NCBI GenBank assembly: GCA_024278075.1
Contig: JAJRTW010000098.1
Span: 1-58,002, forward strand
Reading direction: 5' to 3'
From: Bacteroidota bacterium
Lineage (GTDB): Bacteria > Bacteroidota > Ignavibacteria > Kapaibacteriales > UBA2268
DNA: 58,002 bases
In this document: one piece after another, positions 10,476-18,809 of the stretch
Layout of the letters: each line of letters starts with the position of its first letter
How positions within the stretch are numbered: position 1 is the stretch's first letter
Program-made: the position numbers and the translations under genes
The notes under the pieces: generated by a model
Seen by the model: the letters and a program-made list of their open reading frames with translations, nothing else
Told to the model about the DNA's origin: nothing
The model's database searches: none

Positions 10476-10514
10476 GAACTAACGGCCAACGACTAAGAAC
10501 TAACGACCAGCGAT
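10473..10514 (+). repeat. 21-nt direct repeat x2 between DUF3109 stop and rpoN start
   Basis: TAAGAACTAACGGCCAACGAC / TAAGAACTAACGACCAGCGAT, adjacent. The first copy starts at the TAA stop of the upstream gene. Confidence 0.7.
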
Positions 10515-10532
10515 CTAAAGTTCGGGGAAAAA

Positions 10533-11576
10533 ATGAAATTATCTCTTGATTTAAGAGCGACTTTAACGCAGACTCTCACACCTCAGCAGATTCAATATTT
10601 GAAACTGCTGCAGCTTCCTCTTGTCCAGTTGGAACAGCACGTCCAGCAGGAAATTGAAGAAAATCCGATGCTCGACAACGAACAAGGCGAAGATGATGAA
10701 TTATTCGGAGAATTGGCCGATACCACAACCGAACCGGATGCTCTGGACCCAGCCGATGAATATATCGAATCTTCTGACATTGCCGAGCCGGAAAAACCAT
10801 CTGAATTGATCGACGACACTGCCGACCCTTTTGAGTTCCACAAACTTATCTGGGACGAAGGGCAGGAGTATCAATCCAAATCCAAATCTTCTCAGGGCAG
10901 CGACGATGGCGAAGGCTTCCAGATAAAGGATTCAATATCATTTATTGATGACCTGGTGCAGCAGCTGAGGATGCTCGAGCTTAGCCGGGAGGAATTTTTC
11001 CTGGGCGAAATAATAATCGGCAATATAGATAATGACGGATACCTAAGGCGCGACCTGGGCGAAATAGTTCAGGAGGCAAACGAATCCATCGCAGAGTATA
11101 ATTACGAAGTGAAGAAGAAATCGCTGGTAAGTCAATCCAATGGAAATTCGGATATTGAGGAGAATCCGGCAAGGTCATTCTTATTATCCAGCGAAAGTGC
11201 TGCGGCGTTGGGCAAAGTCCATGCGGCCAACCCCGAATTGCTTGCAAACCTGAGCGAGGAATCATTAAACGAACTCTCAAAATACCATGGCTATGGCGAA
11301 TCGGCTTTTATAGATCAATTATTAGATAATGTTGATATGAATATGGCCGAAAAGGTTCTTGGATTTATCCGCACGCTCGACCCGCCCGGAATCGGTTCCC
11401 GTGATATTCGCGAATGCCTGCTGGCGCAATGCAAGGCAATTGCCAAGCCCAATGCCGCCCGAAAACTTGCTATAAAAGTCCTCGAAGAGGCATACGAACC
11501 TTTTATAAAGAAGCATTACCATGTTATAACCAAGCAATTGGGAATTAGCGATGATTATCTGCGCGAAGCAATCTAA
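10533..11576 (+). CDS. rpoN: RNA polymerase sigma-54 factor, N-terminal part (region I, acidic region II, core-binding domain), ending at an in-frame TAA
   Basis: MKLSLDLRATLTQTLTPQQIQYLKLLQLPLVQLEQHVQQEIEENPMLD is the canonical sigma-54 region I. An acidic linker and core-binding domain follow (IIGNIDNDGYL...LDPPGIGSRDIRECLLAQ). Confidence 0.9.
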   Translation: MKLSLDLRATLTQTLTPQQIQYLKLLQLPLVQLEQHVQQEIEENPMLDNEQGEDDELFGELADTTTEPDALDPADEYIESSDIAEPEKPSELIDDTADPFEFHKLIWDEGQEYQSKSKSSQGSDDGEGFQIKDSISFIDDLVQQLRMLELSREEFFLGEIIIGNIDNDGYLRRDLGEIVQEANESIAEYNYEVKKKSLVSQSNGNSDIEENPARSFLLSSESAAALGKVHAANPELLANLSEESLNELSKYHGYGESAFIDQLLDNVDMNMAEKVLGFIRTLDPPGIGSRDIRECLLAQCKAIAKPNAARKLAIKVLEEAYEPFIKKHYHVITKQLGISDDYLREAI

Positions 11577-11627
11577 GTAATCCGCAGATTAAATCCCAAC
11601 CCGGGCAGTGGCAACTTCCAGCCGGAA

Positions 11628-12272
11628 ATGAATACGGTGATCCCGGATTTCTCGATTTTCAAGGATGAGGATTCGAATGACCTGATGATCTCGGTCAATG
11701 ACAGCCTGCTGCCGGTGCTGCACCTGAACAAAGCTTATGAAAAGCTGAAAAAAGAAACGGCTTATAAAAAATTTAATAAAGACACCCGAGACTGGGTGCG
11801 GAATAAATATGAAGATGCTAAATTCCTTATCCAGGCCATCAAGCAGCGAAAAAGCACTATGCTGAAAGTTATGACGGCTATTGCAGAATTGCAGAGGGAA
11901 TTCTTCTATAAAGGCCATCAAGCACTTAAACCGTTGATATATAAAAATGTTGCCGAAGAAACAGGCCTCGATATTTCCACAATCTGCCGCATTGTGAACC
12001 ACAAATATGTCCAGACCGAATTCGGGACTTATGACCTTAAATTCTTCTTCAGCGAGGCCCTCCCCTCCAACGACGGTGAGGAAATTGCTACAAGAGTTAT
12101 CAAGCAAAAGCTGAAGGAAATCATCGAAAAAGAACCTAAAAACAAGCCCTATAGTGATGACAAATTGTCTGCTTTACTCAAGGAAGCCGGATACCGCGTG
12201 GCCAGAAGAACAGTGGCGAAATACCGCGAGCAAATGAAAATCCCCGTTGCTCGTCTTCGCAAAGAACTATAA
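11628..12272 (+). CDS. rpoN: RNA polymerase sigma-54 factor, C-terminal part (ELH-HTH and RpoN box), same frame as the N-terminal part
   Basis: Contains RKSTMLKVMTAIAELQREFF, the HTH ETGLDISTICRIVNHKYVQT and the RpoN box ARRTVAKYREQMKIP. The 17 codons upstream of the first ATG (11577-11627, VIRRLNPNPGSGNFQPE) are also sigma-54-like and in frame. Confidence 0.9.
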   Translation: MNTVIPDFSIFKDEDSNDLMISVNDSLLPVLHLNKAYEKLKKETAYKKFNKDTRDWVRNKYEDAKFLIQAIKQRKSTMLKVMTAIAELQREFFYKGHQALKPLIYKNVAEETGLDISTICRIVNHKYVQTEFGTYDLKFFFSEALPSNDGEEIATRVIKQKLKEIIEKEPKNKPYSDDKLSALLKEAGYRVARRTVAKYREQMKIPVARLRKEL

Positions 12273-12298
12273 AGAAATTATTATTTTCCGCACCTATT

Positions 12299-13435
12299 GT
12301 GACTACAACCGAATTCATCTCGAAAATTGAAGCAAGGCTGCGGCCTTTTATAACGACTTTGCCCCCACTTTGGCTTGTCCGAATTTATTCCAATTCCCGC
12401 AGAATATTCATACGCCATTTGGTTAATGACCTGCCCGCAGAGCCAGTGCGCATCCCCGAGGCAAACAGAATAAAGCTGTGGGATATTGAATTTGGATGCG
12501 GCCTGTTCAACGCTGCCGGTATGTTCAAATATGGCGAGGGTTATGAGTTGTGTGCCATGCAGGGTGCCGGCGCTTATCTTGCCGGAACCACCACCTCGAA
12601 AAAGCGGAATGGCAACCGCAAAGATACACTCCACCCGTTTATCGCTTATCCGAATTCAGGTGCTGCATCTAATTGGATGGGCCTGCCAAACAAAGGCCAC
12701 TCGATTGTTGCCGGAAGATTGGCGAAAATCGAAAGGAAGCCTTTATGTCCGGTTGGTATCAGTGTTAGTGCCGACCCGGGCGAATCTAACTATGATACAC
12801 TAAAGAATCTAATCGCAGGTATGAATCAATATTACTTGGCCGGTGTTGATTTCATAGAGCTGAACGAAAGCTGCCCGAATGTGCCGGGGCACAAGCAATG
12901 TGACACAAACAACAAAAGCTGCCTTGAGGATGAATTAGTCGACAGGCTGGAATATATAAGTAATAATTTCCTGAGCAAAAGGGGCAGGAACCTGCCAGTT
13001 ATAATCAAGCTCTCCACCGGCACCGCACCAGAGCTGATACCTGCCATAATTGACATCCTAACCACATTGAAATTCGACGGCGTAAATTTCGGCAATACAT
13101 CAACAAAATACGAATATCATAAATCATCTATTACAGATGAGGAAAAGTGGCTGTTCGATTTTTTTGTGAAGAGATATGGCGGCGGCATTAGCGGCAGGCC
13201 GCTGAAGGAATCATCGCTAAATTTATCAAAAACAGCTGTTGAATATCTGAAATCACAATCCATCAGCAACGAATTCCATGTCATTCGCACCGGCGGTGTG
13301 GAATCACGGGCCGACCTGAAGGAATCATCAGACGCAGGTGTTCAGATGAATCAATGGTTCACCGGCTACTTCGACAATTTCTCCCGCTTTGGGCATAGGC
13401 TTTATTCGGAATTATTTAATAGCCACGTGCTTTAG
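12299..13435 (+). CDS. pyrD: Dihydroorotate dehydrogenase-like flavoenzyme (class 1-type Cys base, N-terminal extension)
   Basis: 378-aa ORF with GTG start. Motifs GLFNAAGMFKYGEG, IELNESCPNVPG (Cys catalytic base context), GGGISGRPL and IRTGGVESRADL typical of the DHODH/DHPD TIM-barrel family. Confidence 0.7.
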   Translation: MTTTEFISKIEARLRPFITTLPPLWLVRIYSNSRRIFIRHLVNDLPAEPVRIPEANRIKLWDIEFGCGLFNAAGMFKYGEGYELCAMQGAGAYLAGTTTSKKRNGNRKDTLHPFIAYPNSGAASNWMGLPNKGHSIVAGRLAKIERKPLCPVGISVSADPGESNYDTLKNLIAGMNQYYLAGVDFIELNESCPNVPGHKQCDTNNKSCLEDELVDRLEYISNNFLSKRGRNLPVIIKLSTGTAPELIPAIIDILTTLKFDGVNFGNTSTKYEYHKSSITDEEKWLFDFFVKRYGGGISGRPLKESSLNLSKTAVEYLKSQSISNEFHVIRTGGVESRADLKESSDAGVQMNQWFTGYFDNFSRFGHRLYSELFNSHVL

Positions 13436-13648
13436 CTCGTGGATGACAATTTCCTTATTTATTCTATAACCGGCATCCCCGCTAACTTTACTGCCATAAT
13501 GGCATAAGATAATATCATTAAATAATTGTTTATACTTTGTGCAATTCCCCTGACATGTAAGGCAATTATGGCATATTTGGAATTACCGGCAGGAAATGAA
13601 AAAGCCTGAAAAGCAAGATATGACAGGAATATATAGCGGAAATGAAAA

Positions 13649-14047
13649 TTAAGAGGACTGGCCTTTGGAATATTTATGCTGAATTCCGCACTTTTTGGCC
13701 AGCTCGGATTTCAGCTGTTCTTTTTGTTCATGCGTAAGGTTCTGAATAGTGTTAAGCGTCTCGTTTGCTGCCATATTGGCATTGTTCTGCATCTTTGGCA
13801 TATTGTCTTTTTGGCTGCTTGATATTTTATTTGATCCGAATTTAATACCATGATAGACGATATAGACAAAAGCAAAAACTCCGGCAGCTTCGAGCAGGCT
13901 AACCTCCGGCAATCCGAAATATTTGCACATGATTTCGTTGCAAAAGAATTCACAGCAGGCCGAAATCAAAAAAAACAGCCCGCTTACAAACAGTATGTAA
14001 AAAATAGAGCGGGCTGCTTTACTATTAAATATTTTGGAACTGAGCAT
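13649..14047 (-). CDS. Small two-TM Cys-rich membrane protein downstream of the ECF sigma factor (possible anti-sigma partner)
   Basis: 132-aa ORF 12 nt downstream of the sigma gene on the same strand. Two hydrophobic helices, ACCEFFCNEIMC cluster, polar C-tail. No family recognised. Confidence 0.5.
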   Translation of the reverse strand: MLSSKIFNSKAARSIFYILFVSGLFFLISACCEFFCNEIMCKYFGLPEVSLLEAAGVFAFVYIVYHGIKFGSNKISSSQKDNMPKMQNNANMAANETLNTIQNLTHEQKEQLKSELAKKCGIQHKYSKGQSS

Positions 14048-14059
14048 TTTCGAATCTAA

Positions 14060-14668
14060 TCAGTTTTCGTTTATTGACCTATACAGCTCCTTGAGACGCT
14101 TGCGCAGGTGCAATACCGCATATCTTTTGCGTGCAAGAAGAGTATTTATATTAACGCCCGTATCTTCGGACATCTCTCTAAACGAAATACCTTCGAATTC
14201 ATTTTTAACAAAAACTTCACGCTGCTCCGGCGGAAGCTCTTTCAGGCTGTCCTGCACTGACTCCCAGATGGTTTTACGAATTAAATCGCTTTCCGGGCTG
14301 GTGGATAAATCGCCAAGGAAATTCTCGAACGTATCCACACCGTCCTCGGCCTGGCTTGGCGTTTGCATATCCGAAAAAGTTTCGGCCCGTTTCTTTCTGT
14401 AAGAATCTATAATACGGTTGCGCACGGCAGTGAATACCCACGATGCGATATTTTCGATTGGCTTCTGCACGTTAGCCGATGCGGCCAATACATTGGTGAA
14501 AACATCCTGCAGGATGTCCTCGGCTTCTTCCTGGCTTCTGACGCGCTGGCGAATAAATCCGAGAAACTTCTTGCGGTCGGTGCGAAACAGATTTTCTATC
14601 TGAAGTGCTAAATCCATACTTAACCTCCCATTCGGTGCTTTAAAACCATTATTGATTTTTGATTTCAT
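14060..14668 (-). CDS. ECF-type RNA polymerase sigma-70 family factor
   Basis: 202-aa ORF. Region 2 (EEAEDILQDVFTNVL...WVFTAVRNRIIDSYRKK) and region 4 HTH (LPPEQREVFVKNEFEGISFREMSEDTGVNINTLLARKRYAVLHLRKRL). The start may be the internal Met 18. Confidence 0.85.
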   Translation of the reverse strand: MKSKINNGFKAPNGRLSMDLALQIENLFRTDRKKFLGFIRQRVRSQEEAEDILQDVFTNVLAASANVQKPIENIASWVFTAVRNRIIDSYRKKRAETFSDMQTPSQAEDGVDTFENFLGDLSTSPESDLIRKTIWESVQDSLKELPPEQREVFVKNEFEGISFREMSEDTGVNINTLLARKRYAVLHLRKRLKELYRSINEN

Positions 14669-15047
14669 GACTTATCTACTCTGTGTTTATTAGTGATTTC
14701 AACATATTATTTGATGGAAATGAAACATGTCAATTTCCATTAAAGCTATGGTTATTATTAATGCTAAAAAAAGAGTAAATAATCGGGTCATAAAATCTCA
14801 AAAAATGAATAGAATTAAAAATATCGAACTTTTGTCCCCTTGTCGTCTTAGTATAAAGACACATAATCGCTCAAAAAGTTTCAAAAAAATACAATATATT
14901 TTATTTTTCGAATTAACAAATATACGCAATTTCATTCAGAACACTGCCATAATGTCAGTTTACGGGCATATTATATTCACATAATTATCATATAGAAATT
15001 ATGATGCCAAACTCGGCAATAACTTGCATTAATATTATTTAACCTCT

Positions 15048-15102
15048 TACTCATCAATACCCGGGCTAATCAAAAATAGAATTAACCGCAATATTATTAA
15101 TC
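15048..15102. repeat. Duplicated copy of the hutU 3' end (direct repeat of 15201-15252)
   Basis: TACTCATCAATACCCGGGCTAATCAAAAATAGAATTAACCGCAATATTATTAATC versus TACTCATTAATACCCGGGCTAGTCAAAAATAGAATTAACCGCAATATTAATC at 15201-15252. The second copy contains the real hutU stop and its last ~11 codons. Confidence 0.85.
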
Positions 15103-15108
15103 TCTTTC

Positions 15109-15178
15109 GTTCTGCCAGTTGATACAAATGGCAATGCAGAAACTGTCGTCATTCGTCAGTTGTAACAACTGACGGAAC
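15109..15178. repeat. 70-nt double-palindrome element, copy 1 (first palindrome degraded)
   Basis: 66/70 identical to 25711-25780. Contains CGTCAGTTGTAACAACTGACG, a near-perfect palindrome. Confidence 0.85.
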
Positions 15179-15218
15179 ATTAAAAAGCGTTAGATAGAAA
15201 TACTCATTAATACCCGGG

Positions 15219-17261
15219 CTAGTCAAAAATAGAATTAACCGCAATATTAATCAATTCGTCTTCGGCAATATTCGGCATTGTCACTTTCAGCTTTGGCTCT
15301 GCTTCCATTGCCCGGCTAATTGCGAACATAGCTTCTTTATTGCGTCCCCAATTCCTTCGTGCTATTCCATTGTTGACATCCCAGTGGATCATCATTTTTA
15401 TTTTGCCGTCGCACTGCTCGCTGCCGTCGAGCAGCATCCCGAAGCCGCCGTTTATTACTTCACCCCAGCCAACTCCGCCGCCGTTGTGTAGCGAAATCCA
15501 GGTGGCTCCGCGAAAAGCATCACCAATCACATTCTGCACTGCCATGTCGGCGGTGAACTGCGAACCGTCGTAAATGTTAGCTGTTTCTCTGTATGGTGAA
15601 TCTGTGCCGGAAACGTCGTGGTGGTCGCGGCCGATAACTACCGGGCCGCTTATTTCGCCCTTTCTGATTGCCTGGTTGAATGCAAGGGCAATCTTGGTTC
15701 TCCCTTCGGCATCTGAATATAGAATCCTTGCCTGCGAACCTACGACCATCTTGTATTCACCCGCTGCCCGAATCCACCGGATATTATCTGACAATTGCAA
15801 TTTAATTTCATCGGGGGCTTTTTCGCTTATCGCTGTTAATACTTCAGCAGCTATTTTGTCGGTTAGCTCAAGATCCCCGGGCAGTGAGGATGTGCATACC
15901 CACCGGAACGGGCCGAATCCGTAATCAAAACACAAAGGCCCCATAATATCTTCCACATAGGACGGATATTTATATCGGCCTGTTCCATCGAGCATTACAT
16001 CAGCACCGGCTCGCCCGGCTTCTAATAAAAAGGCATTGCCATAGTCCCAGAAATACATCCCGTTTGCAGATAGTTTGTTGATGGCTTTTACCTGCCGCCG
16101 CAATGACTGTCGCACAAGTTCCTTGAATCCCGCCGGATTGCCAGTAATAATTTCATTGGCTTCATCGAAAGACACGCCAACGGGGTAATAACCTCCGGCC
16201 CAGGGATTATGCAGCGATGTTTGGTCGGAGCCGAGGTCAACCTTGATATTATTATCGGCAAGCTTCTCCCATAAGTTAACTATATTTCCCACATAGCCCA
16301 GCGAGACCGCTTCGTTGCCGGCTCGTGCCGTTTCAATCCTGTCCAATAATTCATCGAGGTCATCATAAATCTCATCAAGCCAGCCCTGTTCATATCTTTT
16401 TCTTGCGGCCTTTGGGTTGATTTCGGCAATAACCCCCACGGCACCCGCAATAACGGAGGCCTTCGCCTGGGCGCCGGACATCCCGCCCAGGCCTGATGTT
16501 ACGAACAGTTTGCCAGCCAGATCGTTGCTGTCAGGGTTTAACAGCCTACCTGCATTTAGCAAAGTTATCGTCGTGCCATGCACTATCCCCTGCGGGCCGA
16601 TGTACATGAACGAGCCTGCCGTCATCTGGCCGTACTGCGAAACGCCGAGCGCATTGAATTTTTCCCAATGCTCCGGTGCGGAGTAATTCGGCACTACCAT
16701 GCCATTGGTAATAACCACTCTCGGTGCGTCGCTGTGCGAAGGGAACAGGCCAAGCGGATGGCCGGAATACATAATTAAGGTTTGCCCGCCGGCCATTTCC
16801 GCCAAATATTTCATGGTCAGGCGATACTGGGCCCAATTCTGGAACACAGCGCCGTTGCCGCCGTAGGTAATCAGTTCTTCGGGATACTGGGCAACCGCAT
16901 AGTCCAGATTATTACTAATCATCAGCATAATTGCCGCTGCCTGCTCGGATTTATGCGGAAAATCGTTGATGCTTCTTGCCGTAATCTTATACGACGGACG
17001 CAGGCGATACATGTATATCCGGCCATACAACTTTAATTCTTCGGCAAATTCCGGTGCCAGCACGCCGTGATGTTTTTTGTCGAAATATCTCAGCGCATTC
17101 TTAATGGCTAATTTTTTTTCTTCATGGCTCAGAATATCGGCCCTAACGGGAGCATGATCTATTGATTTGTCAAGCGGCCGCTGATTGGGCAAGACATCAG
17201 GAATACCTTCCAGTATTTCTTTCTGAAAATTATTATATTTACTAATATCCGATGCTTTCAT
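15219..17261 (-). CDS. hutU: Urocanate hydratase (long form)
   Basis: 680-aa ORF with urocanase hallmarks (GLGGMSGAQAKA NAD-binding loop, GHPLGLFPSH, RDHHDVSGTDSPYRET, HNGGGVGWGE). Confidence 0.95.
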   Translation of the reverse strand: MKASDISKYNNFQKEILEGIPDVLPNQRPLDKSIDHAPVRADILSHEEKKLAIKNALRYFDKKHHGVLAPEFAEELKLYGRIYMYRLRPSYKITARSINDFPHKSEQAAAIMLMISNNLDYAVAQYPEELITYGGNGAVFQNWAQYRLTMKYLAEMAGGQTLIMYSGHPLGLFPSHSDAPRVVITNGMVVPNYSAPEHWEKFNALGVSQYGQMTAGSFMYIGPQGIVHGTTITLLNAGRLLNPDSNDLAGKLFVTSGLGGMSGAQAKASVIAGAVGVIAEINPKAARKRYEQGWLDEIYDDLDELLDRIETARAGNEAVSLGYVGNIVNLWEKLADNNIKVDLGSDQTSLHNPWAGGYYPVGVSFDEANEIITGNPAGFKELVRQSLRRQVKAINKLSANGMYFWDYGNAFLLEAGRAGADVMLDGTGRYKYPSYVEDIMGPLCFDYGFGPFRWVCTSSLPGDLELTDKIAAEVLTAISEKAPDEIKLQLSDNIRWIRAAGEYKMVVGSQARILYSDAEGRTKIALAFNQAIRKGEISGPVVIGRDHHDVSGTDSPYRETANIYDGSQFTADMAVQNVIGDAFRGATWISLHNGGGVGWGEVINGGFGMLLDGSEQCDGKIKMMIHWDVNNGIARRNWGRNKEAMFAISRAMEAEPKLKVTMPNIAEDELINIAVNSIFD

Positions 17262-17626
17262 TTCTGATTTTTTCCCGAGTATTTTTCTTCTAATTCAATT
17301 ATTTCGACTTCGCTTAATTTATGCTTTTCGCAAATATCGCGAAGGTTCTCCCAGGTATAGATTCCAGAGTCATGCCCGTCGCCCCACACCGGGGTTAAGG
17401 CATAATTGCCGGCTGTATTCAATTGCTTCAGTTCGTTCTTGCCCGGGGTGAACGTAGCGAGCATCTGCATCCCAAATTGCTCATCCTTTGGCTTTTCCTT
17501 CCGGCAATCGGCGCATGGGCATTCTTTCCTGAAATTCTCCAATGTTATTATGGCTCTGAACCCGTCGTTCCAGATGCACTCCAGCATATAATTCTTATAT
17601 CTTTTTATTGATTTCGGCCCGGCCAT
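17258..17626 (-). CDS. DUF971 (gamma-butyrobetaine hydroxylase N-terminal-like) protein, translationally coupled to hutU
   Basis: 122-aa ORF with W.DG...I....LR..CPCA.C and W.DGH.SGIY motifs. Its TGA stop overlaps the hutU ATG (ATGA at 17258-17261). Confidence 0.75.
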   Translation of the reverse strand: MAGPKSIKRYKNYMLECIWNDGFRAIITLENFRKECPCADCRKEKPKDEQFGMQMLATFTPGKNELKQLNTAGNYALTPVWGDGHDSGIYTWENLRDICEKHKLSEVEIIELEEKYSGKNQK

Positions 17627-17852
17627 TGTTATTCGTCAATCATAGTTTCCGGAAATGTAATATTATCTAATGATAAATATACGCTTTTTAATAAATACGA
17701 CCAAATCAATCTTATTTGCAAAGTCACGATATTACATCAACAAATTCAGATTTTTTTTTTAAATTGACAATATGTAGTTCTACCTAATTGTCATTAGAAT
17801 TTACACTTTAGTATTCATTTTGTTAAATCAGTATTGTTTATAATTATATGTT

Positions 17853-18500
17853 ATGAAGAATTTATCAGGTATCATTCTCGCTATATCCCTTGGCCTGTCC
17901 TGTTTCAATTCGGTTATGGCCGAGAATAGTATAGTAGAGGGCAAGGCGGCCGAAGATTCGGTCATCATCGACAGCGGCCTCTCATTCAGCAAGGCAATGG
18001 CCGGAACAAAAGCACCACGGGAAATCGTCGATTCCATGGCAATTGTGGACGTGCGATATTACTCAACCGACGGCAAACTGCACCAGGGACAATTAATTGT
18101 TAATAATGCTGTGATTGACGACGTAAGAGCGATATTTGGCCTTATTGAAAAGATGAAATTCCCCATTTACAAAGCCGTGCCGATTGTTAAATACAACTGG
18201 TCCGACGATGCTTCGATGGAGGATAATAACACTTCGGCTTTTAATTACCGTTTTATCGCCGGAACCAAAAGGCTGTCGAATCATTCATCCGGCAGGGCAA
18301 TTGACATCAACCCATACTTCAATCCCGTGATTTATGCCGACGGCAGGGTATCGCCGAGGGGTGCGAAATATGATAAAAACGCAACGGGAGTGTTCACAAA
18401 GGATAGCCCGATAGTGAAGGAATTCATCAAAAGAGGCTGGCGCTGGGGCGGCAATTTCAAGTCCTTCAAGGATTATCATCATTTTGATAAAGCGAAGTAA
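17853..18500 (+). CDS. Secreted M15-family zinc D-Ala-D-Ala peptidase-like protein
   Basis: 215-aa ORF with signal peptide. H-x6-D motif (HSSGRAID) and WGGNF...DYHHFD typical of M15 (VanX/VanY-like) peptidases. Confidence 0.8.
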   Translation: MKNLSGIILAISLGLSCFNSVMAENSIVEGKAAEDSVIIDSGLSFSKAMAGTKAPREIVDSMAIVDVRYYSTDGKLHQGQLIVNNAVIDDVRAIFGLIEKMKFPIYKAVPIVKYNWSDDASMEDNNTSAFNYRFIAGTKRLSNHSSGRAIDINPYFNPVIYADGRVSPRGAKYDKNATGVFTKDSPIVKEFIKRGWRWGGNFKSFKDYHHFDKAK

Positions 18501-18595
18501 TTGTAAGGAAGGTGGATAGGAAAAGGAAAGGTTCCCCTTCTATGACAAGGAGGGTGGGGCGCAAGGGGGGGGGACTTGCATCCCCAAACCGGAGA

Positions 18596-18764
18596 GGCTG
18601 TGTGAGAACAATAAATATAATCAGAAAACCCTCTAAATCTCCCTTTGAAAAAGGGAGATTTAGAATACCCCATTTCTCAAAGGGGGTGGTTCCGAAGGAA
18701 CCGGGGGTTTTCCTAATGAGCAATTGATGAATTTCACTATGAATATTATTGTTCTCACACAGCC
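18596..18764. mobile_element. MITE-like 169-bp element with perfect 18-bp terminal inverted repeats and internal hairpins
   Basis: GGCTGTGTGAGAACAATA (18596-18613) is the exact reverse complement of TATTGTTCTCACACAGCC (18747-18764). Inside are a 12-bp stem hairpin AAATCTCCCTTT-GAA-AAAGGGAGATTT and GGTTCC-GAA-GGAACC. No coding potential. Confidence 0.55.
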
Positions 18765-18809
18765 CCGGAATTTAGTAACGCGAATTAATTTACTCACTAT
18801 TCAAAAACT

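Noticed and set aside
11589-12107. 172-aa minus-strand ORF
   Set aside because: It is antisense to the C-terminal half of rpoN, whose HTH and RpoN box are unambiguous.
17751-17800. T10 tract, a TTGACA hexamer and the inverted repeat TGACAAT-N15-ATTGTCA upstream of the M15 peptidase gene, as a possible promoter or operator
   Set aside because: The TTGACA to TAGAAT spacing (25 nt) does not fit a sigma-70 promoter. FCB-group promoters use different consensus elements. The inverted repeat is short enough to be chance in AT-rich DNA.
18466-18727. Three overlapping ORFs (85, 64 and 71 aa) in the intergenic region after the M15 peptidase
   Set aside because: They are translations of palindromic hairpin repeats, overlap each other on both strands, and have Pro/Gly/Arg-rich repeat-derived sequences (PFEKGRFR and similar).
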